Shown here in pieces: positions 9,096 to 17,360 of a DNA stretch of 25,816 nt. The stretch is from a virus. Its lineage: Duplodnaviria; Caudoviricetes. Made by a program: the position numbers and the translations under genes. Position 1 is the stretch's first letter. Each line of letters starts with the position of its first letter. The stretch covers positions 1-25,816 of IMG/VR virus record IMGVR_UViG_3300020161_001919; one strand, written 5' to 3'. Below the pieces are notes generated by a model. It had not been told where the DNA came from. It was given only the letters and a program-made list of their open reading frames with translations, and searched no databases.

Positions 9096-9309
9096 AAATA
9101 ATATCAACAGTACCAATTTTTATTGTAAATGTTTTTGGTAAACTATTAGCCGTTCTATTTTGTTTTCTATTAATATAACTAAACACGTCAATGTACTCTT
9201 GGTCACTTAACTCAAATACCATTGTACTATTGGTCACGTTAAAGTTAACCTTTTCAATTAAATCGGATATAATTGCTAATTGATTTAATAAATCACCCTT
9301 TTTTTCCAT
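9058..9309 (-). CDS. Hypothetical protein
   Basis: ORF with a likely start MEKKG at 9309. It overlaps the upstream gene and overlaps the convergent + gene by 38 nt. Confidence 0.65.
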   Translation of the reverse strand: MEKKGDLLNQLAIISDLIEKVNFNVTNSTMVFELSDQEYIDVFSYINRKQNRTANSLPKTFTIKIGTVDIIFNKNSVEKVQSS

Positions 9310-9496
9310 GACCAAATATCATTAATATTTTTGTAAAAAAACTTATTTTCTTTTTTTCTGGTACCTTGAACATTTCATTTTTATCAAGACCTTTGATTTC
9401 ATCAATCAATTTGTTCTTGTGTTTTGATATCTCCACTTCGTCCCTCTTCAACTCCTTGTCCAACCAGTTCAATCCTTGTTGTATTCTCTTGTCCAT
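9293..9496 (-). CDS. Hypothetical protein (67 aa)
   Basis: Coiled/charged ORF in an operon-like chain that fills the gap between its neighbours. Confidence 0.65.
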   Translation of the reverse strand: MDKRIQQGLNWLDKELKRDEVEISKHKNKLIDEIKGLDKNEMFKVPEKKKISFFTKILMIFGHGKKG

Positions 9497-9854
9497 TTTC
9501 TATAAATGATAATTCTTTTAACTTATCTAAAGATTCATGTTGGAATAGAAACTCCAACTCTTTAATTTTTGATTGTAATAGTTTTTGTTTTTCTTCATGC
9601 TCTTTATTGATTTTTACAATCTCCTTTGCACAAGAAAAAACAATTTCATAACCGTCTGATGTTGCATTACCAATCAAAGAAACTAAAGTAAATTTTTCAC
9701 TTTTATCCTGTACCTTAGTTTTGATTGATTTATATGGTGTAACAATGCTCTCAAATTTCCACGTTACCGGTAATCTGATATCTAAACTAACATTATTATC
9801 TATTTCTCTTAGTGAGAAAAAATATGGTCTTAAAGTTCTTATATTATCAAACAT
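9402..9854 (-). CDS. Hypothetical protein with a C-terminal coiled coil
   Basis: 150-aa ORF that overlaps the downstream gene by 95 nt. Confidence 0.75.
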   Translation of the reverse strand: MFDNIRTLRPYFFSLREIDNNVSLDIRLPVTWKFESIVTPYKSIKTKVQDKSEKFTLVSLIGNATSDGYEIVFSCAKEIVKINKEHEEKQKLLQSKIKELEFLFQHESLDKLKELSFIENGQENTTRIELVGQGVEEGRSGDIKTQEQID

Positions 9855-9856
9855 AA

Positions 9857-10039
9857 TTATATTATTAAACTTGTTATTATGTACGATAATGACAAGTAAA
9901 GGAAAACTTCATTTACTTTACTTATTTTCATTGGTACGGGTTCTTCTTGAAGTAGTTTTACTATAAATTCGAAAACGAATCTTAATGAAAAAACTACACT
10001 TAAAATCAAAAAGAAAATTTTTATTTCATTAATCATCAT
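9857..10039 (-). CDS. Small membrane protein with two predicted TM helices
   Basis: IFFLILSVVFSLRFVF and VFLYLSLSYIITSLII hydrophobic segments. Confidence 0.7.
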   Translation of the reverse strand: MMINEIKIFFLILSVVFSLRFVFEFIVKLLQEEPVPMKISKVNEVFLYLSLSYIITSLII

Positions 10040-10211
10040 GATTCTTTATTTCTTTTAATATCTCTTTTCTATAGACAGGTATTAACTCCTTAATTTCTTG
10101 TGCGTACTTTCTTGCACGTATAGAAGCACTCCTATTCCCTTTTTCGCGTACTTTAGTGGTGTCAACGGACATTTTCTCCACTAAGTTTTTTATTCTATTT
10201 AGCGTTTCCAT
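10029..10211 (-). CDS. Histone H1-like protein, Hc1 family (short Bacteroidota type)
   Basis: 60-aa basic helical protein whose KGNRSASIRARK...K...RK matches the Hc1 motif KGNKAAGxRARK. Confidence 0.7.
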   Translation of the reverse strand: METLNRIKNLVEKMSVDTTKVREKGNRSASIRARKYAQEIKELIPVYRKEILKEIKNHDD

Positions 10212-10231
10212 TATTGTTTGTTTTTGATACT

Positions 10232-10260
10232 AATATACGGAATAAATTCTATTTTTTCAA
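10232..10260 (-). promoter_or_regulatory. Putative promoter TTGAAA-N17-TATATT
   Basis: On the - strand, TTGAAA at 10260-10255 and TATATT at 10237-10232, upstream of the Hc1-like gene. Confidence 0.55.
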
Positions 10261-10704
10261 GTTTTGTTCCAATAATTTATAAACTTCGGTTAATATGTCA
10301 AGTTCTGACCTTGATTTTTTATATCTGAAATCAAAAAGTTTATAAAAATATTCACCTATCCGGGTTTGTTTACCATCTAATTTGGTTAAATAATATGCCT
10401 CAAAGAAAAAGTTCCAAAAGTATTCATAATGGTTACCTTTATCCTTGAAATAAATCTTTTCTTTACTAAAATTTTCGATTGTTTTGTTCCAACACCAGCT
10501 AAAGTGGTTTCTTTGGTCTGTCTCGTTATATAAGACATCGGGTCCTAAATATGTTTCATCAATCAACCCATATAACGAAGAAAGAAAGTCGTAGAATAAC
10601 TCGACTTTCTCCCTGTGTATATTGTAAGCTCGATACCAAATGTCTATTTGGTGTTTGTACTTGTCCAAAATATCAAACTCATTATAATTCTTTCTGTTTT
10701 CCAT
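10249..10704 (-). CDS. Hypothetical aromatic-rich protein (151 aa)
   Basis: Long ORF preceded by a TATATTTT motif. Confidence 0.8.
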   Translation of the reverse strand: MENRKNYNEFDILDKYKHQIDIWYRAYNIHREKVELFYDFLSSLYGLIDETYLGPDVLYNETDQRNHFSWCWNKTIENFSKEKIYFKDKGNHYEYFWNFFFEAYYLTKLDGKQTRIGEYFYKLFDFRYKKSRSELDILTEVYKLLEQNLKK

Positions 10705-10751
10705 AATTCCTTATTTTAAAATATAAGGATAAAAGAAATTAAAAAAAAGAA

Positions 10752-12380
10752 TTACTGAGTTTTTTTATTATATCCGTACATTTTCTTCATTCTTTCGATT
10801 TCCTCGTTTAAAACTGAAGACATATTTGTTTTTGATTCTTTAACAACCACAACTTTTTCAGGTGAAGCCCAAGAATGACCCCAACTTACTTCTTTACCTT
10901 TCTTTTCAATTTCTTTTTTCTTTTCTGAGGTCTTACCAATATTTTTACCGGTATCAGTTTTTATAACATTAGCAGCATCTTGTGAGTTACCCATTTTAGG
11001 GTCACCTTCCAATGCCATTTTTAATCTTTTTTTGAAATTTTCAGATGGTTCTTGGTCATAATCCAAATCCACCAATGTTCCTCCTCTGTGAGTTTCGGTA
11101 TATTCATTTTGTTCAGGTGTGGCGTTTATTGCCATTTTCTCACCTTTACCGTTTTGTTTTGGAAATTCTGGATTATCAGCTCCGTCAAAAGATGAAACTT
11201 TTTTAAGTTTACTTTCAACGTCTTTCATATAATCGTCATTTTCTTTCTTAGAACCTTTTTGTGCTCTTTTTGTAACATCAATACCAGGAACAGATTCTAA
11301 AACCATTCTCGACATCATATTAACCATTTCACTTTCGGTTAATCTTAATATTCTTTTATTAGATTCATTTATTTCTTCACCCATCCATTTAGAACCACAC
11401 TCACTACACATACCTTCTTCGTTCATCATTCCACCGCATTCACATAAATTTTCTTCCATGATTTCACCATCTTTACTACTTGAGGTTGAATATGAATCAT
11501 ATTCACTACTTGTTTCATATTTTTTCCACGGGGTGTTTGCCTTTTTATTATATTGTTTAGCCATATGGTAATCTTTATTTGAATTAACCATTTGAATTTC
11601 GTTATCGTTCCAATCATCTATTTCTCCGTCCGTGGTACTACCTGTAGTTTCGTATTCGTTTCCGTCTTCATCTGACCCCATTAATATAATTTCATCATTG
11701 TGACCTCCACCATCAAGATTTTTTTCCATTACCTCATAGTCATCCCAAGTAATTATTTTTCCGTTATATTCCGATGTTACAGGGTGACCGTCATATGTTC
11801 TAAGCTCATTTATAGAAGTTAAATCTTCACTTTCTTCCATTTTTTGTGTACACTCATCACAATCATCTTCTTTTTTGTTTCTCAACATTTTGAAGTCTTT
11901 TCCTGTGATTTTACCATCATCATCCATGTCAATTTCATCTCGACCATCTCCAAATTCTTCTTCTTCAAGTTGTTTCCAAGATTCGTCAACGTTATGTGTT
12001 TCACCATTAAGTTTGAATTCTTTTAATCCTTTTTCTTTAGCGTCCGAAACGGCGTGTGCGAAATTTTTAACTTTATTTGTTTCCATTGTTTTGTTTTCTT
12101 TTACTTCTAGTTTTTCTCCCATCTCATCTAATTTATCAATCATATCAGACGGTGAGTTATATTTTTTCTTTTCAATTATGAATTCCTTTTCGGGATGTTT
12201 CTTCTTATAAATATCCAAATGTGACATTGCCTCATCCTCATTTTCAAAAGTTTCAATAGGTTCACCTTCACATGTAATGTGATAAACCTCATCTCCTTCT
12301 TTATTTTCTCTTAGAATGGTTTTTTTAACCTCATCAAAAAGAGATTCGTTAATTATATTTTGGATATCTGTGGACTTCAT
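10752..12380 (-). CDS. Large acidic low-complexity protein, putative internal head/virion protein, with an EF-hand-like loop and a Cys cluster
   Basis: 542 aa, E/D/K-rich. It contains a DMDDDGKITGKD loop, CECG..CSECG, an RLTESEM..MVLES helix and many (I/L/V)-x-E motifs. Confidence 0.75.
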   Translation of the reverse strand: MKSTDIQNIINESLFDEVKKTILRENKEGDEVYHITCEGEPIETFENEDEAMSHLDIYKKKHPEKEFIIEKKKYNSPSDMIDKLDEMGEKLEVKENKTMETNKVKNFAHAVSDAKEKGLKEFKLNGETHNVDESWKQLEEEEFGDGRDEIDMDDDGKITGKDFKMLRNKKEDDCDECTQKMEESEDLTSINELRTYDGHPVTSEYNGKIITWDDYEVMEKNLDGGGHNDEIILMGSDEDGNEYETTGSTTDGEIDDWNDNEIQMVNSNKDYHMAKQYNKKANTPWKKYETSSEYDSYSTSSSKDGEIMEENLCECGGMMNEEGMCSECGSKWMGEEINESNKRILRLTESEMVNMMSRMVLESVPGIDVTKRAQKGSKKENDDYMKDVESKLKKVSSFDGADNPEFPKQNGKGEKMAINATPEQNEYTETHRGGTLVDLDYDQEPSENFKKRLKMALEGDPKMGNSQDAANVIKTDTGKNIGKTSEKKKEIEKKGKEVSWGHSWASPEKVVVVKESKTNMSSVLNEEIERMKKMYGYNKKTQ

Positions 12381-12384
12381 ATTA

Positions 12385-12984
12385 TTATATAAATATCTTC
12401 TTTATTTCATTTATCACTACCTTTTCCATTTCTGAATATGGTATTCCGTATTTTTTAGAAACTTCTTGGATTGATTCTTTCAATCCCTCAACTTCATAGA
12501 ATTCTATTGCTCCGGTATTTCCTTGGTTACAGTATGGAAATTTCTTACATTTCTCTTTAACTTTAACATAAACACCACCCGGACCACCCCATTTAGGGAA
12601 GTTTTTATCTTTAACCGCTCTACTTTGCATTACACTATTAGGTCCATTTACTTTAAGTGGATTTTTACTACCATCCCCAAACGGAACATCATATGTGTCT
12701 ATAGACATTTCATTTATATCTGTTTCAGGAAAATTATGGATTTTATTTATCTTTCTTTTAATGGTGTTACCACCACTTAAAGCATTTCCCCCTTCAAATG
12801 ACCCAGATGAGCCACTATCCGTTTCTTTTACTTCAATTTTATTTTCCTTTGATAGGTGATTATCAATCCATTTTTGTATTTCATGGACGTTTGGAGCATA
12901 CTCCTTACCTTTAGATTTTGTTATATTCTTGTGAGCTAAATTGGTTAATTTCTTTAATTCTTCTTCGGATGGATTTTTTTTCAT
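12385..12984 (-). CDS. Hypothetical protein with a KCKKFPYCNQG motif
   Basis: The likely start is the ATG at 12984 (MKKNPS), in a TAATG overlap with the upstream stop. Confidence 0.75.
   Translation of the reverse strand: MKKNPSEEELKKLTNLAHKNITKSKGKEYAPNVHEIQKWIDNHLSKENKIEVKETDSGSSGSFEGGNALSGGNTIKRKINKIHNFPETDINEMSIDTYDVPFGDGSKNPLKVNGPNSVMQSRAVKDKNFPKWGGPGGVYVKVKEKCKKFPYCNQGNTGAIEFYEVEGLKESIQEVSKKYGIPYSEMEKVVINEIKKIFI
12389..12395 (-). promoter_or_regulatory. TATTTAT motif (putative late promoter)
   Basis: GATATTTATATAATAATATG leads directly to the ATG at 12380. The same motif precedes the genes starting at 13749, 15967 and 18060. Confidence 0.5.
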
Positions 12985-13223
12985 TACTTTACACTTTTTA
13001 AAGAAGTCTCCCAAAACGATTTACGTTGCCATAAAGTTTTGAATAATTCAACTACTACTTTAGTTGATAAGTCGACAATTTTATCGTCAATTGTTTTTGT
13101 ACCAAGTTCTTTTTGAATCATTTTCATTACAATATTGTGAGCCTGTGTACTCTCCAAGAAATCTTTCATTTCTTTTCTTGTAATTTTCTCAATTTCTTTG
13201 ATATCAGTATTAGATAAGGCCAT
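12984..13223 (-). CDS. Hypothetical protein (79 aa)
   Basis: Tightly packed helical ORF. Confidence 0.75.
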   Translation of the reverse strand: MALSNTDIKEIEKITRKEMKDFLESTQAHNIVMKMIQKELGTKTIDDKIVDLSTKVVVELFKTLWQRKSFWETSLKSVK

Positions 13224-13224
13224 A

Positions 13225-13749
13225 TTAACTAGTTCTTCTTGTTCTTAACAATGGCTCCATTGCTGTTATGAATGTTGGTTTAAACTTTAATAGTTTACCT
13301 AACATATCTAAAGTTTCTTGTTCAATGTTTAACATATCACTATTGATATATAAACCACTTTCCTCACCAGCAATAAATGTGAAACTTATTTCGGTTTCCG
13401 TCATATTACCATCTAATCTTATTTGATTTTCATCAATGGTAATACCCGGGTCTAATTCCGCTAATTGTGAAACTTGTTGTCTGAATGAATCAATAAACTG
13501 ACTTATTGAACTTTTTTCCTCATCTTTTAATTTAACGTCTTCTTGGTCTGTAGAAAGTATTTTTACTTCTACGTCATTGATAACCTCAACGTTGTCAAAT
13601 TGTTCCTTTGATGAGTCTAATGAGGGTTCTTCACCTGTTTCGATGTCCTCGTTTAATGTTTTCTTTGTGGTATTTTTTGATTCATTAAGGTTTCTCAATG
13701 TATTTAACATTCCCTTAATTTGGTCATATTCCGATTTGTTCTTGTTCAT
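13225..13749 (-). CDS. Hypothetical acidic protein (174 aa)
   Basis: ORF with LNE motifs near the N-terminus and TATTTAT upstream at 13793-13799. Confidence 0.8.
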   Translation of the reverse strand: MNKNKSEYDQIKGMLNTLRNLNESKNTTKKTLNEDIETGEEPSLDSSKEQFDNVEVINDVEVKILSTDQEDVKLKDEEKSSISQFIDSFRQQVSQLAELDPGITIDENQIRLDGNMTETEISFTFIAGEESGLYINSDMLNIEQETLDMLGKLLKFKPTFITAMEPLLRTRRTS

Positions 13750-14344
13750 CTTTAAAAAGTTGTATAAAATTGAATGATGGGTTTATATCTGTATAAATAT
13801 TTGAAAAATTAGATTTACATACAACTCCATTGAATTTTATTGCATTTTCAAAGAATCCTTGAGTTTTAACTGATTTTTTTGGTATATTGTGTTTATCACA
13901 AAGTAAATCACATAGTTGTGATAATGACCTCATTTGGGAATCGGTATACTTATCCCAAAAGTAATAATTCCTCCATCCTTGAGTGTGGGGTTCTGACCTA
14001 TATATGTCACCTATCCAATTAGTTAAAAATCCCGTAATGGTATTTTTATTCAACCATCCGAGATTTTCAATTGCAATTTTTATAAACTGTTTATCGATTT
14101 GAGGGTCATCAAAAGTATTTGAATGATGATTTGTATCAAATATTTGGTAAACTGTACCTAATTTAGTGATAATAAAATGAGGTATTTGATTGTATTTTTC
14201 GTTATTTCTATACCTTATTTTACTAATAAAATCATCCGCTCTTCTCGATGTATCATATAGTAAAATCTGATTTTTTTTAGATTTTCTACGAGTAATATTA
14301 AGATTTTTACTATCTAAATTTTCTACGTTGTGTATTTCCAACAT
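13724..14344 (-). CDS. N-acetylmuramoyl-L-alanine amidase (Amidase_2/PGRP)-like protein, apparently lacking Zn-ligand histidines
   Basis: PHFIITKLGTVYQ, IAIENLG, YTDSQMRSLSQLC...HNIP and TDINP match the Amidase_2 fold. The expected HHT reads LYDT. Confidence 0.75.
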   Translation of the reverse strand: MLEIHNVENLDSKNLNITRRKSKKNQILLYDTSRRADDFISKIRYRNNEKYNQIPHFIITKLGTVYQIFDTNHHSNTFDDPQIDKQFIKIAIENLGWLNKNTITGFLTNWIGDIYRSEPHTQGWRNYYFWDKYTDSQMRSLSQLCDLLCDKHNIPKKSVKTQGFFENAIKFNGVVCKSNFSNIYTDINPSFNFIQLFKDEQEQIGI

Positions 14345-14534
14345 TCCTTATGAAATTTTTTCTCACTTCGGATGAAACGGATGATGGTATATCATTACTA
14401 TCTTGCGTTAAATCTTGATTATTAATTGGTTCTTCTTTGGACTCAATATTATTTATTTCCTCCTGCAATACCCCAATTTCCCCCAAACCATCTATTTGAG
14501 ATGGTATTATTGGTGTTAATGATTCTTCTACTAA
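14310..14534 (-). other. Start-less 74-codon -1 frame continuation of the 14531..15679 gene (LVEESLTPII...NVGNTQRRKFR*)
   Basis: The frame is open from the A10 run to TAG at 14312-14310. It has the same E/P/I/V-rich composition as the upstream protein, has no ATG, and fills an otherwise unexplained 186-nt gap. Confidence 0.6.
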
Positions 14535-15679
14535 TTTTTTTTTTCTTCATCTGTTGTTTCAGATAAAGACTCAACTGATGTTTCAGGAATGATTTCAGTA
14601 ACGACTTCTTCTACAATTGGTTCATCAACTATCGGAATGATTATCGGAGTTTCTTCAACCACAATATCGGGAGTGATTACCGGTTCTTCAACTACAGAAG
14701 GTGTTGGTGTCGTTTCAGTAATAACTTCTTCATCTTCAACTAAATCAAATTTTCTTTCCCATTCGTCTAAAAACATTTCTCTCACTTCATCGTCACCCAA
14801 CGCAGGAACAAATTCTGTAACCGGCTCATTAATAGGTTGTGGTTCGTTGATTATTTGAGTTTCCTCTGGTTTAACCAAGTCGATAATTGGTGAATTTTCA
14901 TCCATTGGTCTAAGATTATGTGGTAAAATTTCTTCCCATTTTTCAACAATTGGTTCATCAATTTTTTGTTCCACAACTTCTTCAGGTGTTGCAAATGGTT
15001 CAGGAACAAAACCATCAAAATCTTCATCTAATTTTTTTTCGTATTCCTCAACCGCTTTCACTAATTCCTCATTTGGTTTAGGTGGATTTGATAAAATCTC
15101 TTCTAATACGGATAAATCATCTTCTGATAACCTAACTCTAGAAACTTCACCAACTATATCTTTAGCTTCAATAACTGGTGTATTTGGTTCAATAGGGGTA
15201 TTAGTTTCATTCTTAGAGTTTTGTGTAAATTTAACCAACATATGTAAGAAAGAAAGTGAGATTATTGGTAACATACCGCCTGCAAAAAATGCCAAAAATC
15301 TTTTATGACCAACAAAATCATTTGGGTCAACCCCCATAAATTCAACCAATGGTGATGTTAACTCAACCCATGATTTAAATGACTCACCATTTATGTCAAT
15401 ATATGAATAAGCAAAGAAAATGTTACCTATAAATTGCACCAATGTTACAATACCGAAAGGGAAATATACTTTCTTTCCCATATCGGCAGATATTGCTGCC
15501 AATGCGGATAACGCTGCAATTTCAATACCAACCGATAAGTATACCGCCCATGTTACCGGATTAGAAATACCATACCATTTAGTAACGTGTGAAATAGATA
15601 CAATTGCTACGGTTATAATCGGTATTAAAAACGCCGATATAATTACTGTCTTAAAATTTTTACTAAACCAATTCTTCAT
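14531..15679 (-). CDS. Multi-pass membrane protein (about 4 TM in the N-terminal 150 aa) with a long acidic Pro/Glu/Val-rich tail
   Basis: Hydrophobic helices IISAFLIPIITVAIVSISHV, AVYLSVGIEIAALSALAA, FGIVTLVQFIGNIFFAY and FLAFFAGGMLPIISLSFL, followed by a low-complexity tail. Confidence 0.85.
   Translation of the reverse strand: MKNWFSKNFKTVIISAFLIPIITVAIVSISHVTKWYGISNPVTWAVYLSVGIEIAALSALAAISADMGKKVYFPFGIVTLVQFIGNIFFAYSYIDINGESFKSWVELTSPLVEFMGVDPNDFVGHKRFLAFFAGGMLPIISLSFLHMLVKFTQNSKNETNTPIEPNTPVIEAKDIVGEVSRVRLSEDDLSVLEEILSNPPKPNEELVKAVEEYEKKLDEDFDGFVPEPFATPEEVVEQKIDEPIVEKWEEILPHNLRPMDENSPIIDLVKPEETQIINEPQPINEPVTEFVPALGDDEVREMFLDEWERKFDLVEDEEVITETTPTPSVVEEPVITPDIVVEETPIIIPIVDEPIVEEVVTEIIPETSVESLSETTDEEKKN
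14534..14545 (-). promoter_or_regulatory. Candidate slippery site GAA AAA AAA AAT (A10) immediately before TAG
   Basis: A_AAA_AAA and A_AAA_AAT heptamers in the 0 frame, with a bulged hairpin downstream at 14513-14483. Confidence 0.5.
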
Positions 15680-15967
15680 TTATTTAATTGTGTTTTCCAA
15701 TTTAATTATTTCATTATCAATCTCAGTTTGTCTGTTTACATCTAAAATTTTTCTATCTGTTGCTTGAATCATTCTTTTTTCAGACTTTAGTCCTTCGATT
15801 TTAAGTTTAACATCTAGTTCATTTTTAGTGTAAGTGGAATCTTTAATTGATTCAATTTCTTTTCTCATTTTTGAGAGTTCTCTTCCATCACCGCAACCTT
15901 TTAATAAACCTAAAAGTGCAATTACTAATACAATAACGGTGAAATTGTTTTGAATGAATTTTTTCAT
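15680..15967 (-). CDS. Putative lipoprotein or membrane-anchored coiled-coil protein (spanin-like candidate)
   Basis: MKK, a hydrophobic stretch and a lipobox-like LKGC, followed by a coiled coil. Confidence 0.65.
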   Translation of the reverse strand: MKKFIQNNFTVIVLVIALLGLLKGCGDGRELSKMRKEIESIKDSTYTKNELDVKLKIEGLKSEKRMIQATDRKILDVNRQTEIDNEIIKLENTIK

Positions 15968-15980
15968 AATTTTTTTTATT

Positions 15981-16790
15981 TTATAAATAGTTTAATAATC
16001 CGTAACTATCATTACGTAGTTTCTTTAATGCCTTATCCCTCAATTGTCTTATACGTTCTTTTGTACAACCAAACTCTTCTCCCAAATCCTCTAAATTCAT
16101 TTCAACCCCATTTAGTCCATAAGATTTTTCAATTATTACTTTCTCCCTATCATCTAATATGGATAACAAAATTGATACTCTTTTTTTAACTTCATCTAAT
16201 GTGTCTAACACTTTTTCAGGATTTTCTGAGTCGTGATTTACAATCGTATCGATTAATAAATCCCCATCCTCGTTTATTTCTTGGAAAAGGTTTATACAGT
16301 ACGGTAAAATGATTTCTGAACCACTATCATCTTGGTGAATAAAAAATTGGTCATCAAATACTTGGTTACTTTTTCTTTTTTTCTGGTTTTCCTGAATGAT
16401 ATTAGATGGTAGTCTAATCGTTCTCGCGTTTTCATTTAAGGAAGCCATAATGGATTGTTTAATCCACCAAACCGCATAAGAAATAAATTTAAAACCACTA
16501 TTTGGATTGAATCTTTCCGCCGCTCTCATTAATCCAATGTTTCCTTCGGATATGATATCAATTAAATCCATACCACTATTTTGGTAAGACTTAGCAATTG
16601 TAATTACAAAACGTAGGTTACCAAGAACTAACTCATTATGGAGTGCTTGTTTTTCCGATTTTGTTATATCACTTTTAGATAACAACTTGAAAATTTCATC
16701 TTGTCTTTCATGTGATATTACTTTTATTTTACGTATGTCTTTTATATAATTTTGAATTTCTTCTGTGTTGAATAGGATTGTTTTACTCAT
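15981..16790 (-). CDS. RNA polymerase sigma-70 factor, RpoD/SigA family (Bacteroidota-type, no region 1.1)
   Basis: NLRFVITIAKSY, EGNIGLMRAAERF, GFKFISYAVWWIKQSI, IRLP and the region 4 HTH LEDLGEEFGCTKERIRQ. Confidence 0.93.
   Translation of the reverse strand: MSKTILFNTEEIQNYIKDIRKIKVISHERQDEIFKLLSKSDITKSEKQALHNELVLGNLRFVITIAKSYQNSGMDLIDIISEGNIGLMRAAERFNPNSGFKFISYAVWWIKQSIMASLNENARTIRLPSNIIQENQKKRKSNQVFDDQFFIHQDDSGSEIILPYCINLFQEINEDGDLLIDTIVNHDSENPEKVLDTLDEVKKRVSILLSILDDREKVIIEKSYGLNGVEMNLEDLGEEFGCTKERIRQLRDKALKKLRNDSYGLLNYL
15983..15989 (-). promoter_or_regulatory. TATTTAT motif (putative late promoter) for the lipoprotein/membrane/amidase genes
   Basis: CTATTTATAAAATAAAAAAAATTATG overlaps the end of the sigma gene. 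Confidence 0.45.
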
Positions 16791-16833
16791 GAAAATGTAG
16801 TTTGTTGGTTGGTGTAAAAATAAACAAATAAAT

Positions 16834-17316
16834 TTAGTTTTTAAAGCTATCTAAAAACTTTTTTTCCTCAGATGATAAACTATCAACCCCAAATTCGTCT
16901 ATTTTTTCTAAAATAGTATCTAAATCCATGGTTTTGAATGATGTATCCTCTTGTTTTTTATCGTATTCTAACCTTAAAGACGTGTGTTCATCTTTAGGTT
17001 TAAACATAAATTCTTTCATCTGCACAGGAAGGTTGGCACTATAGATGTTGGTTCTATCGAATAAAAAGTAAAATTTTACAGTTTCTTTTGATAAAATACT
17101 ATGTAATTCCTCAGATAACTCCTTTCTAGGTGAATCTGATTCAAATATTATTATAACATTTTTTGGGTTATCTTCTATTACAAATCTTACCTTTTTAATC
17201 ATTGGACTGTATCCAAGTATCTCAGTAGTAAAAAAATCCACATATTCGTGGTCTTCAAAATTTGAATATAAAAATAAAAGATATGTTTTCATTAATTCTT
17301 CTTTATTGTTCTCCAT
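16834..17316 (-). CDS. Hypothetical protein with a C-terminal DUF6576-like motif
   Basis: LDTILEKIDEFGVDSLSSEEKKFL resembles the IDxILDKIxxxGxxSLTxEEKxFL motif found on Bacteroidota rhomboid-family proteins. Confidence 0.7.
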   Translation of the reverse strand: MENNKEELMKTYLLFLYSNFEDHEYVDFFTTEILGYSPMIKKVRFVIEDNPKNVIIIFESDSPRKELSEELHSILSKETVKFYFLFDRTNIYSANLPVQMKEFMFKPKDEHTSLRLEYDKKQEDTSFKTMDLDTILEKIDEFGVDSLSSEEKKFLDSFKN

Positions 17317-17332
17317 TGTATACCAATAACAA

Positions 17333-17360
17333 AATATATCATTTTTTAATGAACTATCAA
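17333..17360 (-). promoter_or_regulatory. Putative promoter TTGATA-N16-TATATT
   Basis: On the - strand, TTGATA at 17360-17355 and TATATT at 17338-17333. Confidence 0.45.

Noticed and set aside
14519-14533. TAG read-through or alternative genetic code (TAG recoded) as the explanation of the 186-nt gap
   Set aside because: In frame 0 the sequence runs TAG TAG AAG AAT CAT TAA, so read-through adds only a few residues. All long genes are intact under code 11.
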